Shown one piece after another: positions 9,501 to 17,038 of a stretch of DNA of 42,325 nt. A program made the position numbers and the translations under genes. Source of the stretch: an uncultured Eubacteriales bacterium (GTDB lineage: Bacteria > Bacillota > Clostridia > Oscillospirales > Oscillospiraceae); the NCBI GenBank assembly GCA_905201305.1, contig CAJKNS010000001.1, positions 1 to 42,325 on the forward strand. Direction: 5' to 3'. Position 1 is the first letter of the stretch; each line of letters starts with the position of its first letter. The notes under the pieces were generated by a model. That model saw nothing but the letters and a program-made list of their open reading frames with translations, had not been told where the DNA came from and did no database searches.

Positions 9501-12478
9501 GTGGCGCTTCTGGCGGCGGAAGCGGTGGCGGCGGTTTCCTTCTTAAGCGGAACGAGCGAGCGGGCGGTTTCCGCCCATACAGCGTTGAAGCGGCTGATGA
9601 AAGCGACGCCTCGATTGAAATGGAACCGATCGCCCGTCTGGACAGTGAGAACTACAGCACATTTGAGGCGAACTCCGGCAAGGCAACTGCGGCGGACGAC
9701 AACGGCTTTACCGGACAGATTATCCAGGACAATACCTACGCCGCCAGCCAGCCCCAGCTTGTTACCTTTGCCGACGGAACAAAGCTGATGGTTTGGGTTG
9801 GCAGCGTGTCGGAAGAGGTGCGGTCTCTGGACGTCAACCGTGCAGCACTGTATTACAGCGTCTACGATGGCTCCAGCTGGAGTACGCCCGCTGTGGTTCA
9901 GGAGGACGGGACAGCGGATGCGTCGCCGGTACTGCGCTGTATCCAGAATACGGCATATCTGGTATGGGTGAATACAGGAAGCGTGCTGACAGACACAGAT
10001 ACCTATGCAGATTATTGCAAGGCAATGGAAATTGGATATGCACGTTTTGACACCGAGACAAAGACATTTACCGATATTGCAAATGTGGAAACCAATGAAG
10101 CGGCGGATTTCCTTCCGGGGCTTACGGTAGTCGATGGTCTGCCTACGGTAGTCTGGCTGCAAAACTCTGAAAACGACCCGCTTCAGCTCAGCGGAACAAC
10201 GGCACTTATGAGCGCCAGTCTGAGCGACGGGACATGGACAGTGGCGGAGCTTGCAGCAAATCTTGGCGCAGTGGATGGTTTGTATATGCCAAATGAGACG
10301 GATGTACTCTCTGTCTACTTCTCTCAGGATACGGATGGCGACGCGAAAACCAGCACAGACAAGGAGATTTTCCTGCTGCAAAATGGTGAAATCCAGCAGC
10401 TTTCGGAGAATGATGTGCCGGATACAAAGCCGTTTATGGTAAACGATGTTGCATATTGGTATCATGACGGCGTCTTAACGGATGGAAGCAATGAGATTGC
10501 CCTTGCTGCGGATACGGATCGCGTTTACGCGGTCAGCAATGGAACAAGAGCAGCAATTCTCTATGCGGATGTGAATGATGATTTCTCTACTACCATTTAT
10601 GCAAGTATCAATGACGGCGGCGCATGGGGCGAGCCGGTGGCACTGTTTCACTCGGACCGGTATATTTCCGCACTGAGCGGCAATATGCTGGAGGATGGAA
10701 CCATTGAGATTGTCGCAGGGGAAAGCCTTGTGGGCGAGGACGGCGTTCAAAGCGCACGAGTTGTGCTGTATCAGGTTGAAAAAGAATGCAATCTGCAAAT
10801 GACAGACCTTGATTATGATGTGCTGTCGCTGAATCCGAATGGTACGCTTGTTATGTATGCGTCGGTGAAGAATACTGGCACGACGGCAGTAGAGAATGCC
10901 ACCATCACGCTGACAGCCGGTGGTCAGGAACTGGAAACTCAGAGCATATCGGAAGCGCTACAGCCCGGTCAAGAGGAAATGTATGCAATTTCCTATCAGC
11001 TTCCCAGTGATTTCGTCCCGGGAGAGATTACTGCAACGGTTACAGCAGAAAATGATGTAGACAGCAGCGATAATGCGGCAAGCTACACACTGCCGACCAT
11101 GGATGTTTCGGTGGAGGATGTGACAGCGATGCAGATGGAAGAACTGACGGAGGTTGCTGCATATATTTCCAACCGGGGCTTTGCGGATCTGACCAATATT
11201 ACGGTTCATCTGCGCAAGGATTCGCCGGATGGTGAAGAGCTTGCGTCTACAACTGTTGATCGCATCGCAGTAAAAACCGGCGAGATCGTTTCGTTCGAAG
11301 TCGATGTACCGAATGACACTGTGGTATATGTAGTAGCAGACGATCTGGAGCTGGAAACAACATATTCCAACAACCAGGGCTTTACTTTGACCCATGAGAA
11401 TGAAGAAATTGCCGAGTCGAAGCCCGATGGTGAGCACGAACACAACTTCCAATTTGTCAAGACCGTTGCGCCGACCTGTAACGATGCAGGCTACGACATT
11501 TATCGTTGCGATTGCGGTGCAGAGGAGCGGCAAAATGAAGTAGCTGCGACCGGACATAGTTGTAAACTTCAGAACGCCCAAGCAGCCACCTGCACCGAAG
11601 ACGGCTACACTGGCGACAAGGTTTGTACCGTCTGCGGTAAAACCGTGGCAGCCGGCGAAGCAGTCCCGGCAAAGGGGCATACCAAGGTAGAGATTCCCGC
11701 GGTAGCGGCAACCTGCACCAAGAACGGAACGACTGCTGGAGTAAAATGCTCCGTTTGCAAGGAGATTCTGCTGGCTCCTGAAAAAGTGCCTGCCAAGGGT
11801 CACACCTGGGACAACGGCAAGGTGACCCAGAAGCCCACCCTGACCAAGGAAGGCGTTAAGACCTATACCTGCACGGTTTGCAATGAAACGAAGACCGAAC
11901 GCATCGAGAAGCTGACCACGTGCGATGCCGGAGAAGATTGTCCGACCCATAATTATAAGGATGTGAAATTCTCCCAGTGGTATCATCTGGATGTGGATTA
12001 TGTTGTAGAGAGCGGTTTGATGGTCGGTGACGGTGGCGGCATTTTTCGCCCTGACAACAAGCTCAGCAGGGCAGAGATGGTACAGATTCTGTACAACTGG
12101 GCTGGAAAGCCGGAGGTAACCGGCAGCTCGAAGTTCTCTGATGTAGCGGACGGCACATGGTATGCCAAGCCGGTCATCTGGGCAGCCGAGAATGGCGTTG
12201 TAAACGGCGTAGGAGACGGAAAGTTTGCCCCCAACGATCCGGTTACCCGGGAGCAGCTGGCAGCAATGCTTTACCGCTATGCCGAAAAGCCGGAGGTTTC
12301 GAACGCACTGACCGATTTTGCGGATGCAAACAAGATTTCCGACTATGCAGTCGATGCAGTAAAATGGGCTGTGGAGCAGGACATTCTGCGTGGCGACGGT
12401 TCGCCTCGCAAGCTGCGCCCCACCGATCACGCAAAGCGCTGCGAAGTCGCTGCTATGCTGCATCGGTATATTGGGTAA
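6557..12478 (+). CDS. giant cell-surface protein: signal peptide, 16 BspA-type leucine-rich repeats, Asp-box-like propeller region, two CARDB-like domains, four Cys-rich modules, three C-terminal SLH domains
   Basis: SD GAGGAGG lies 7 nt upstream. Signal peptide MKQVRKRMRRGLALLLAVLQVMLVFAVVPVSAADD. LRR consensus VTIPDSVTSIGxxAFxxCSSLTS occurs 16 times. Gly linker SSGGGGGGASGGGSGGGG at 9482-9535. Asp-box-like YDGSSWSTP and INDGGAWGEP. CARDB-like VKNTGTTAVENATITL and ISNRGFADLTNITVHL. C-terminal SLH motifs include FSDVADGTWYAKPVIWAAENGVVNGVGDGKFAPNDPVTREQLAAMLYRYA. Confidence 0.9.
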   Translation: MKQVRKRMRRGLALLLAVLQVMLVFAVVPVSAADDAATSGTCGENLTWTLSGGTLTISGTGNMQNYDWGSAPWRSSTNSIQRVVIEDGVTSIGDDTFIECGCLTSVDIPNSVTSIGNHAFMYCSGLTSIAIPDSVTSIGEAAFSDCSRLTNVTIPDSVTSIGSRTFANCSRLTSVTIPEGVTTIEAYTFSSCSKLGSVTIPESVISIGEAAFRSCSSLTRVTIPDSVMSIGTHAFNGCSWLMRVNIPAGVTSIETSTFYGCGRLTSVTIPDSVTSIGNSAFDGCYSLTSVTIPDGVTSIGNSAFSKCDSLTSITIPEGVTTIEDYTFSSCSNLTSVTIPDGVTSIGDYAFSECSSLSNVDIPDSVTYIGIYTFHNCSSLTSIDIPNGVTYIGGAAFWDCDSLTSVTIPDGVTFIGDVTFAFCRSLTDVTIPHSVTSIGGSAFRGCSNLADVYYGGNEEDWASIIIEEENDPLLNATIHYAPIGVDEGKYNAPQTSVWYDIWCSGESRFKSSGYTLQVGDQTYSTGSGHRAQADIPTADADKVSISREGYFTYKLPGELVYQCHEVVLHPNSEQGAFVQFVGVRRDNFYYTNLAASHETVYENSLRAYDFYVDINWNGAEPGEIWLEQGDNTMTLHEGKNANLLLGGTFTKSYDNPVSLCYTDGSGNRYRMGLYLDVLSSQRSMKIDGGESTTKTNPKNDTVDEMWGDMSLSFDMFNDSVPVELSMTPTSETAGTFKGTLGVKFENYSKKPELIDYVKRGCDPKNPDTVKGGEVAEKILKRCEEKGIVTVTQKNSFAVTVDTQLLGYVEGTYELGKDGKLVSMEFTDSGMLANVSGGISTTRQHYATPVPWFWQLELKTKLELALSTGKDCNGTDVTIKPEDTGASLAGKASLTLGGKVAAGLSGAASIGVSGSGTGHLDGQLLPFDRSKLNIYADFDFNLLKFEVGTFSGSFWHYKSDQYYLMKNGVLFPDDQSYSSGGGGGGASGGGSGGGGFLLKRNERAGGFRPYSVEAADESDASIEMEPIARLDSENYSTFEANSGKATAADDNGFTGQIIQDNTYAASQPQLVTFADGTKLMVWVGSVSEEVRSLDVNRAALYYSVYDGSSWSTPAVVQEDGTADASPVLRCIQNTAYLVWVNTGSVLTDTDTYADYCKAMEIGYARFDTETKTFTDIANVETNEAADFLPGLTVVDGLPTVVWLQNSENDPLQLSGTTALMSASLSDGTWTVAELAANLGAVDGLYMPNETDVLSVYFSQDTDGDAKTSTDKEIFLLQNGEIQQLSENDVPDTKPFMVNDVAYWYHDGVLTDGSNEIALAADTDRVYAVSNGTRAAILYADVNDDFSTTIYASINDGGAWGEPVALFHSDRYISALSGNMLEDGTIEIVAGESLVGEDGVQSARVVLYQVEKECNLQMTDLDYDVLSLNPNGTLVMYASVKNTGTTAVENATITLTAGGQELETQSISEALQPGQEEMYAISYQLPSDFVPGEITATVTAENDVDSSDNAASYTLPTMDVSVEDVTAMQMEELTEVAAYISNRGFADLTNITVHLRKDSPDGEELASTTVDRIAVKTGEIVSFEVDVPNDTVVYVVADDLELETTYSNNQGFTLTHENEEIAESKPDGEHEHNFQFVKTVAPTCNDAGYDIYRCDCGAEERQNEVAATGHSCKLQNAQAATCTEDGYTGDKVCTVCGKTVAAGEAVPAKGHTKVEIPAVAATCTKNGTTAGVKCSVCKEILLAPEKVPAKGHTWDNGKVTQKPTLTKEGVKTYTCTVCNETKTERIEKLTTCDAGEDCPTHNYKDVKFSQWYHLDVDYVVESGLMVGDGGGIFRPDNKLSRAEMVQILYNWAGKPEVTGSSKFSDVADGTWYAKPVIWAAENGVVNGVGDGKFAPNDPVTREQLAAMLYRYAEKPEVSNALTDFADANKISDYAVDAVKWAVEQDILRGDGSPRKLRPTDHAKRCEVAAMLHRYIG
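6803..7906 (+). repeat. 16 tandem in-frame 69-bp (23-codon) LRR units inside the surface-protein gene
   Basis: Counted from the translation: 16 consecutive 23-aa units, from VVIEDGVTSIGDDTFIECGCLTS to VTIPHSVTSIGGSAFRGCSNLAD, with no length variation. DNA blocks such as GTAACGTCCATTGG and AGCGTAACGATTCC recur. Confidence 0.9.
11432..11913 (+). repeat. four Cys-rich (CxxxG...CxxC) zinc-ribbon-like modules separated by A(T/K)GH
   Basis: The four modules read PTCNDAGYDIYRCDCG..ATGH, ATCTEDGYTGDKVCTVCG..AKGH, ATCTKNGTTAGVKCSVCK..AKGH and LTKEGVKTYTCTVCN. Confidence 0.6.
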
Positions 12479-12496
12479 TTGACAAATACGTAAAGT

Positions 12497-12531
12497 TTGC
12501 CCCCTTGGCACGTTGCGTGTCAAGGGGGCAA
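12497..12531. terminator. GC-rich hairpin between convergent genes
   Basis: TTGCCCCCTTG (12497-12507) and CAAGGGGGCAA (12521-12531) are perfect 11-bp arms. There is no clear U-tract. Confidence 0.5.
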
Positions 12532-12549
12532 CTGCATTCTAGCCCCAGA

Positions 12550-12589
12550 ATGTCCCCCCAATACTGGGTGTCCAGTACTGAGGGGACAT
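12550..12589. terminator. second hairpin between convergent genes
   Basis: ATGTCCCC (12550-12557) pairs with GGGGACAT (12582-12589), with an inner near-palindrome (..ATACTGG..CCAGTACT..). Confidence 0.35.
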
Positions 12590-12636
12590 AGCAAGTGTTG
12601 GGGACTGTTTCAAATAAGCAGGGAGCAGAAACGAGC

Positions 12637-14325
12637 TTACCGCGCGTTATAACGATCCAGGGCAGTCTGATAGATGTCGATATACTCCTGAACGCCCATG
12701 GTTTCCATCTGGCTCAGGTACTCATCCCAGGTGCTGATGTCCGCCTGCCCCAGGAGAATCTTATACCAGGTTTCCTGGCTGAGGGTATCCAGATCACTGT
12801 AAATCTGAGACGCACGGCTGCTTTCCGCCGAGGTCAGGGATACATTAGGCATATCGTAGTCTGCATCGCCAACCTGGCTCCAAATCTCCACCGCGGCAAG
12901 GGCATTGTCGTCCAGCAGAGAAACCTCAATTTCCTTGGGGCAAACGCCGGGCTGCTGGGTCAGAGTTACATAGCACTGGCGCGCAATGCCCACAGACAGA
13001 CCGTCAGAGTTATTCAGCAGCATATCCGTCCAATGGGGAACGCCGTTATCGTCATACTCGAAGGTAACGCCTTCGATGCCATAGTTGGACAGCAGGCGAC
13101 CGGGCTCGGAATACCAGAAGTCACACCATGCCATGGCAAGCTCAATGTTGGAGCAGGTTGTGGTAATGGTCATACCCTTGGAGGTATCCAGGGTGATGGT
13201 GGTGATGAAATGGTTCTCGCCTTCTTCATTGGGAAGGATGGGCATTCCCACGTAGGTAACGGTATCCGAGCAGTATGCCTTCAGGTTTGAAGCAGGCGCA
13301 TTGAATACACCCACATCGCCGCCGGTTTTCTTGCCCTCGGTCACAGGGCTCATGGGGTTCTCGTCATAGTTGTAGAAGTCTGCATTCAGGAGTCCCTCAC
13401 TGTACCACTTCGTAATGGTCTCCAAATACGCCTTGAAACCAGCCTCCATGGGACCGTACTTTACCGTTCCATCCACCTGATACAGCTCCGCGGTGGCGTC
13501 AAAAGCGCCCATCAGGAAGCCGCCGGCAGCAAATGCATTATTGCTCATGAACAGCGGATCTGCCAGACCATATTCGGTTTTAAACTTGGTCAGAACATCA
13601 TACAGCGCATCCACCGTTGTTGGGACCTCCAGTACAGCGGCATCCAGCAAATCCCCTCGGATAACGGGACCCTCCAGCAGCGGCACATCAAAGGTTCCAT
13701 TGTAAGAATTCAGGTAATACATCTCCAGAATATTGCCGTCGTCGGTCTTTGCGTCCTTTGCAATGTCCGGGTTCTCATTCAGAATTTTTGCATAGTTGGG
13801 GGCATACTCCAGATAGTTTGCCATATCCACCACAATCTCTTCCTCAAACGCAGAGGTCAGACCGGCAGGATAGTTGGCGGATCGGACCATATCGGGCCAG
13901 TCACCAGAGGCAATCACCAGGGAAAACTGGTCGTTGGCAACCTCCTGCATGACTGCCTGAATGTTCACCTTTACACCGGTGATCTTTTCAGCCTCCACAT
14001 AGATCTGATGGTTGCCCAGCTCTCCGATGTTATCCGTGACGTTGCTGTTTGTAATGGCAAACATAGTAAGCGTCTCGCCGTCGGTGGTCAGCGGCAGCTC
14101 ATAGACTTCCTCTTCGACCGTTTCTTCCGAAGAAGACGCTTCCGGTTCCGAAGAAGCCTCCTGCACCGCTTCTTCGGATACGGCTGGAGCCTGCTCGGAT
14201 GCTGACGCGGTTTCCTGTTTGGCAGGCTCCGGCGCAGAGCTTGCGGCACTGTCTCCATCGGAGCAGCCGCTCAGCAGTCCAAACGCCAACACCAATGCCA
14301 GCAGCATTGCGGTTATCTTTTTCAT
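12637..14325 (-). CDS. extracellular solute-binding lipoprotein, large family-1 (LplA-like) type: SBP-A
   Basis: SD AAGGAGG lies 7 nt upstream. Lipoprotein signal MKKITAMLLALVLAFGLLSGC is followed by an acidic S/A/E/P linker. It shares motifs with the other four SBP copies (ASGDWPDM, YQVDGTVKYGP, C-terminal IYQTALDRYNAR). Confidence 0.85.
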   Translation of the reverse strand: MKKITAMLLALVLAFGLLSGCSDGDSAASSAPEPAKQETASASEQAPAVSEEAVQEASSEPEASSSEETVEEEVYELPLTTDGETLTMFAITNSNVTDNIGELGNHQIYVEAEKITGVKVNIQAVMQEVANDQFSLVIASGDWPDMVRSANYPAGLTSAFEEEIVVDMANYLEYAPNYAKILNENPDIAKDAKTDDGNILEMYYLNSYNGTFDVPLLEGPVIRGDLLDAAVLEVPTTVDALYDVLTKFKTEYGLADPLFMSNNAFAAGGFLMGAFDATAELYQVDGTVKYGPMEAGFKAYLETITKWYSEGLLNADFYNYDENPMSPVTEGKKTGGDVGVFNAPASNLKAYCSDTVTYVGMPILPNEEGENHFITTITLDTSKGMTITTTCSNIELAMAWCDFWYSEPGRLLSNYGIEGVTFEYDDNGVPHWTDMLLNNSDGLSVGIARQCYVTLTQQPGVCPKEIEVSLLDDNALAAVEIWSQVGDADYDMPNVSLTSAESSRASQIYSDLDTLSQETWYKILLGQADISTWDEYLSQMETMGVQEYIDIYQTALDRYNAR

Positions 14326-14343
14326 GATAGATCCTCCTTCTGA

Positions 14344-15183
14344 TTAGGGCTTGTATTTCGATGCGTCGTATCCGTCGCATTCCACTACAATGTAAGAGTT
14401 CTCTTCCTTCCATGTTTCATAGGGCTCCGGAATTTTCGGCTCCGGATAGCTGGGTTCACAGGGCGAATTGGTGCCGGATTTCTGCACCAGCGTCTTTTGC
14501 CCCACATAGGCGATGGTAGGCATAGGCGGTCCGCCGGCAGGCTGGTCGGTCTTTCCGCCCTTGGGCGGCGGCGCCATCATCCCCATGCCCTGGTACTCCA
14601 AGCCGCACTCCATATGGTCCACCCGATGCCAGAGCTTCCACTGACCATCCTCCCGGATGAATTCGGCAGAATAGCGGGACAATCCCAAGGAGGTTTCCGG
14701 CTTTCCGGTTTCCTGATTCAGGTGGGACATATATGCATACGCCATCCATACGCCGCGCGCCGTCTGCCGGTCCTTTGCAATTTCCACATAGGGACTCAGC
14801 AGCATATTCATCACCTTATAGCCGGGACCATATTGCGAATCGAACTTCTCCCCATAAAACTTCTCTGCCACCGCTCTTCCCTGCGCCTTCATGGCAGAGG
14901 TCATGCCGGTGTAATAATTATATACGTTTTCCCGTCCGTAATAAGCCATGGAACCGTGGGCATAGACAATATCGTCCCGCTTGGACCAGTATTTCTCCAG
15001 CTCTTTCTCCTGGAGCTGCCCGTAATAGCCGAACACATGCTTGCCCATGGCGTTCATGATCTGGCGGTAGTCGTCTGCTGCCTCCGCCTGCTGCCGCAGC
15101 GCATTCAGCGCTGCGGATTCTGTTTTTACCGCTGCTTTGGCGGCTTCCAGCGCCGCAGTTACGCGAGACTGTGCATCCGTCAT
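14344..15183 (-). CDS. NTF2/SnoaL-like domain protein with N-terminal helical extension and Pro-rich C-terminal tail (A1)
   Basis: Core motifs are VEIAKDRQTARGVWMAY and FIREDGQWKLWHR, typical of a SnoaL-like cone fold. The tail is PPPKGGKTDQPAGGPPMP...KIPEPYETWKEENSY. The start ATG overlaps the A2 stop (ATGA at 15180-15183), with GGAAGGAGG upstream. The family call is by eye. Confidence 0.75.
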   Translation of the reverse strand: MTDAQSRVTAALEAAKAAVKTESAALNALRQQAEAADDYRQIMNAMGKHVFGYYGQLQEKELEKYWSKRDDIVYAHGSMAYYGRENVYNYYTGMTSAMKAQGRAVAEKFYGEKFDSQYGPGYKVMNMLLSPYVEIAKDRQTARGVWMAYAYMSHLNQETGKPETSLGLSRYSAEFIREDGQWKLWHRVDHMECGLEYQGMGMMAPPPKGGKTDQPAGGPPMPTIAYVGQKTLVQKSGTNSPCEPSYPEPKIPEPYETWKEENSYIVVECDGYDASKYKP

Positions 15184-15992
15184 ACGTCGTCGCCTCCTTC
15201 CGCATATCCGTCCTTGATGATTTGGATATAGGACTGTGCCGGATCCCAGGTGTCATAGGGCTGCGGGATTTTTGGCTCCCGATAGGTGCAGCTATAGGGC
15301 TTGTAGATCATATCTCCCATCTGGGCAATGGTCTTGACCCCTTCCTGAAACAGCGGCACGTTGTTCTCAAAGGGCAGCGTATCCAGCATATTGCAGGGCA
15401 GCATGGAATCCACATAATCTCTTCGGTGCCACATTTTCCAGGTTCCGTTTTCCAGATAGAATTCATCGCCATATTTGGCGAGTCCAAAGCTGGGGGACGC
15501 GCTGCCGTCGGAATCCATCTGGCTCATAAAGGTATGCGCCATCCAGATGCCCTGCGCCGTCTGTCCGTCGCCGGCAATTTCCACCACCGGAGAGCTGATG
15601 ACATTGTGCACCCGATAACCCGGTCCATCCGGCGGGTCCACCTGTAAGCCATAGTTCTTCAGCGCGTTGGCTCTTCCGTTGGCGCACATCTTTTTCGGCG
15701 TCTCAATGTAATACTGATAGGTGGATTCCCGCCCATAGAACGCTTCTCTGCCATGGGCATATACGATGTTGTCCACCGTCTGCGCCCAATACTGGTCCAG
15801 TTCGTCCTTGTGGAGATGCTGGTAGTAGCCCCAGTTGTGGCTTGCCTGGGCATTGACCCCCTGCCGGTAGGCGTCCGCCTGTGCCGCAGCCTTTTCGATT
15901 TCCGCAACCTCCTGGGCAAATCTCTCGTTGGCGGCTTCCAGCTTTTCTGCCTCTGCGGTCCATTCCCGCAGCTTTTCAAGCATATCGCTCAT
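15180..15992 (-). CDS. NTF2/SnoaL-like domain protein (A2), paralog of A1 and A3
   Basis: N-terminal Ala/Glu-rich helix (TAEAEKLEAANERFAQEVAEIEKAAAQADAYRQ). Core VEIAGDGQTAQGIWMAH and FYLENGTWKMWHRRDY. Tail KIPQPYDTWDPAQSY. ATGA overlap with the A3 stop at 15989-15992, with AGGAGGGG 8 nt upstream. Confidence 0.75.
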   Translation of the reverse strand: MSDMLEKLREWTAEAEKLEAANERFAQEVAEIEKAAAQADAYRQGVNAQASHNWGYYQHLHKDELDQYWAQTVDNIVYAHGREAFYGRESTYQYYIETPKKMCANGRANALKNYGLQVDPPDGPGYRVHNVISSPVVEIAGDGQTAQGIWMAHTFMSQMDSDGSASPSFGLAKYGDEFYLENGTWKMWHRRDYVDSMLPCNMLDTLPFENNVPLFQEGVKTIAQMGDMIYKPYSCTYREPKIPQPYDTWDPAQSYIQIIKDGYAEGGDDV

Positions 15993-16900
15993 TCAAACAT
16001 CCCCTCCTTCTGCACATTGGAGGTTTCATAGATCCAGGTGTCATAGGGCTCCGGCAGCTTTGGCGCTCCGATGGGCACCGCTGTGGGGGAATAGCTGCCG
16101 TTTGTCACCTTGATTTTTGTAATCGTCGTGGGTTTGGGGTTTTCCACCATGGGCTTGGGCGGCTTTCCGTCCTTGGTGGGCGGAGGTCCGATCATCGCCG
16201 CGGGGTTCTCCTCAAATACCACGTCTGCGTAATTCCGTCTGTGCCAGATTTTCCACTGACCGTCCTCCAGAATAAATTCTCCGGAATAGCGGGACAGTAC
16301 ACCCTGGGTTTTCAGATTGCCATCCTCACCAATGCAGCCCATAAACGAGTGTGCCATCCAGATGCCCTGGGCGGTCAGACCGTCCTCGGCAATCTCGATA
16401 TATGGCGTTCCAATGAGATTCATGTTTATGTAGCCGGGGGTTTTATCCCCCTCCGGCACCGGCTTTCCCATGGCGCTGAGCTGCTGCCTTGCCTGCTCGC
16501 TGCGCTTTTTTGCCGCTTCCACATAATATCGGCGGACTGCCCGCTGCCCCACATAGGCGAGATCGCCGTTGGCATAGACGATATCCTCCCGTTTCGACCA
16601 GTACTTCTCCAGTTCTTCTTCATAATCCTGGTTCAGGCAGCAATGGACATGTGCCGACATCAGATTCATAATTTCCCGGTAGGCTTCCGCTTTCATGATC
16701 CGTCGTTTTGCCTGCTCCAGCCGCGCTTCCAGCTCCGTGCGGTATTTTCTTGCCGTCTCCAGCCGGCTGACCAGTGCATCACAAGCCTGAGATACCTCCA
16801 CTTCCGGTACCACGTTGATCCCTTCTTTCTGATTGGATGTATCCAGTGTATCAAATTCACGCCTGCCGGAAAAGAAGAAAGCCCTTTGCATTCTTTTCAT
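15989..16900 (-). CDS. NTF2/SnoaL-like domain protein (A3), first gene of operon A
   Basis: The track ORF (15989-17377) is over-extended. ATG at 16900 (MKRMQRAFFFSG...) has GGAG 7 nt upstream. Core IEIAEDGLTAQGIWMAH and FILEDGQWKIWHRRNY. Tail GPPPTKDGKPPKPMVENPKP...KLPEPYDTWIYETS. Confidence 0.7.
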   Translation of the reverse strand: MKRMQRAFFFSGRREFDTLDTSNQKEGINVVPEVEVSQACDALVSRLETARKYRTELEARLEQAKRRIMKAEAYREIMNLMSAHVHCCLNQDYEEELEKYWSKREDIVYANGDLAYVGQRAVRRYYVEAAKKRSEQARQQLSAMGKPVPEGDKTPGYINMNLIGTPYIEIAEDGLTAQGIWMAHSFMGCIGEDGNLKTQGVLSRYSGEFILEDGQWKIWHRRNYADVVFEENPAAMIGPPPTKDGKPPKPMVENPKPTTITKIKVTNGSYSPTAVPIGAPKLPEPYDTWIYETSNVQKEGMFE

Positions 16901-16985
16901 TTTTTCGCTCCAGAGCAAAAAATAAAAAAACAAGCAAAAATCAAAACATTCCCATGGACCGCGGAGCACTTTGGGTCTTTTCTTC

Positions 16986-17015
16986 TTATCTGTGATTATG
17001 ATATAATGAAGATAA
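16986..17015. promoter_or_regulatory. nested palindrome overlapping an extended -10 promoter (TGaTATAAT, 16999-17007) in the divergent A3 / AraC intergenic region
   Basis: Sequence is TTATCT-gtg-ATTAT-gat-ATAAT-ga-AGATAA. The TGATATAAT element lies about 32 nt upstream of the AraC start. Confidence 0.5.
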
Positions 17016-17038
17016 TAGTTAGAAAGCGAGGCGTTTTC

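Noticed and set aside
9482-9535. GGC/GGT-rich simple repeat as a possible slippage or phase-variation tract.
   Set aside because: It is an imperfect mix of GGT, GGC, GGA, AGC, GCT and TCT codons with no long perfect microsatellite. It reads in frame as a Gly/Ser linker and is most simply an interdomain hinge.
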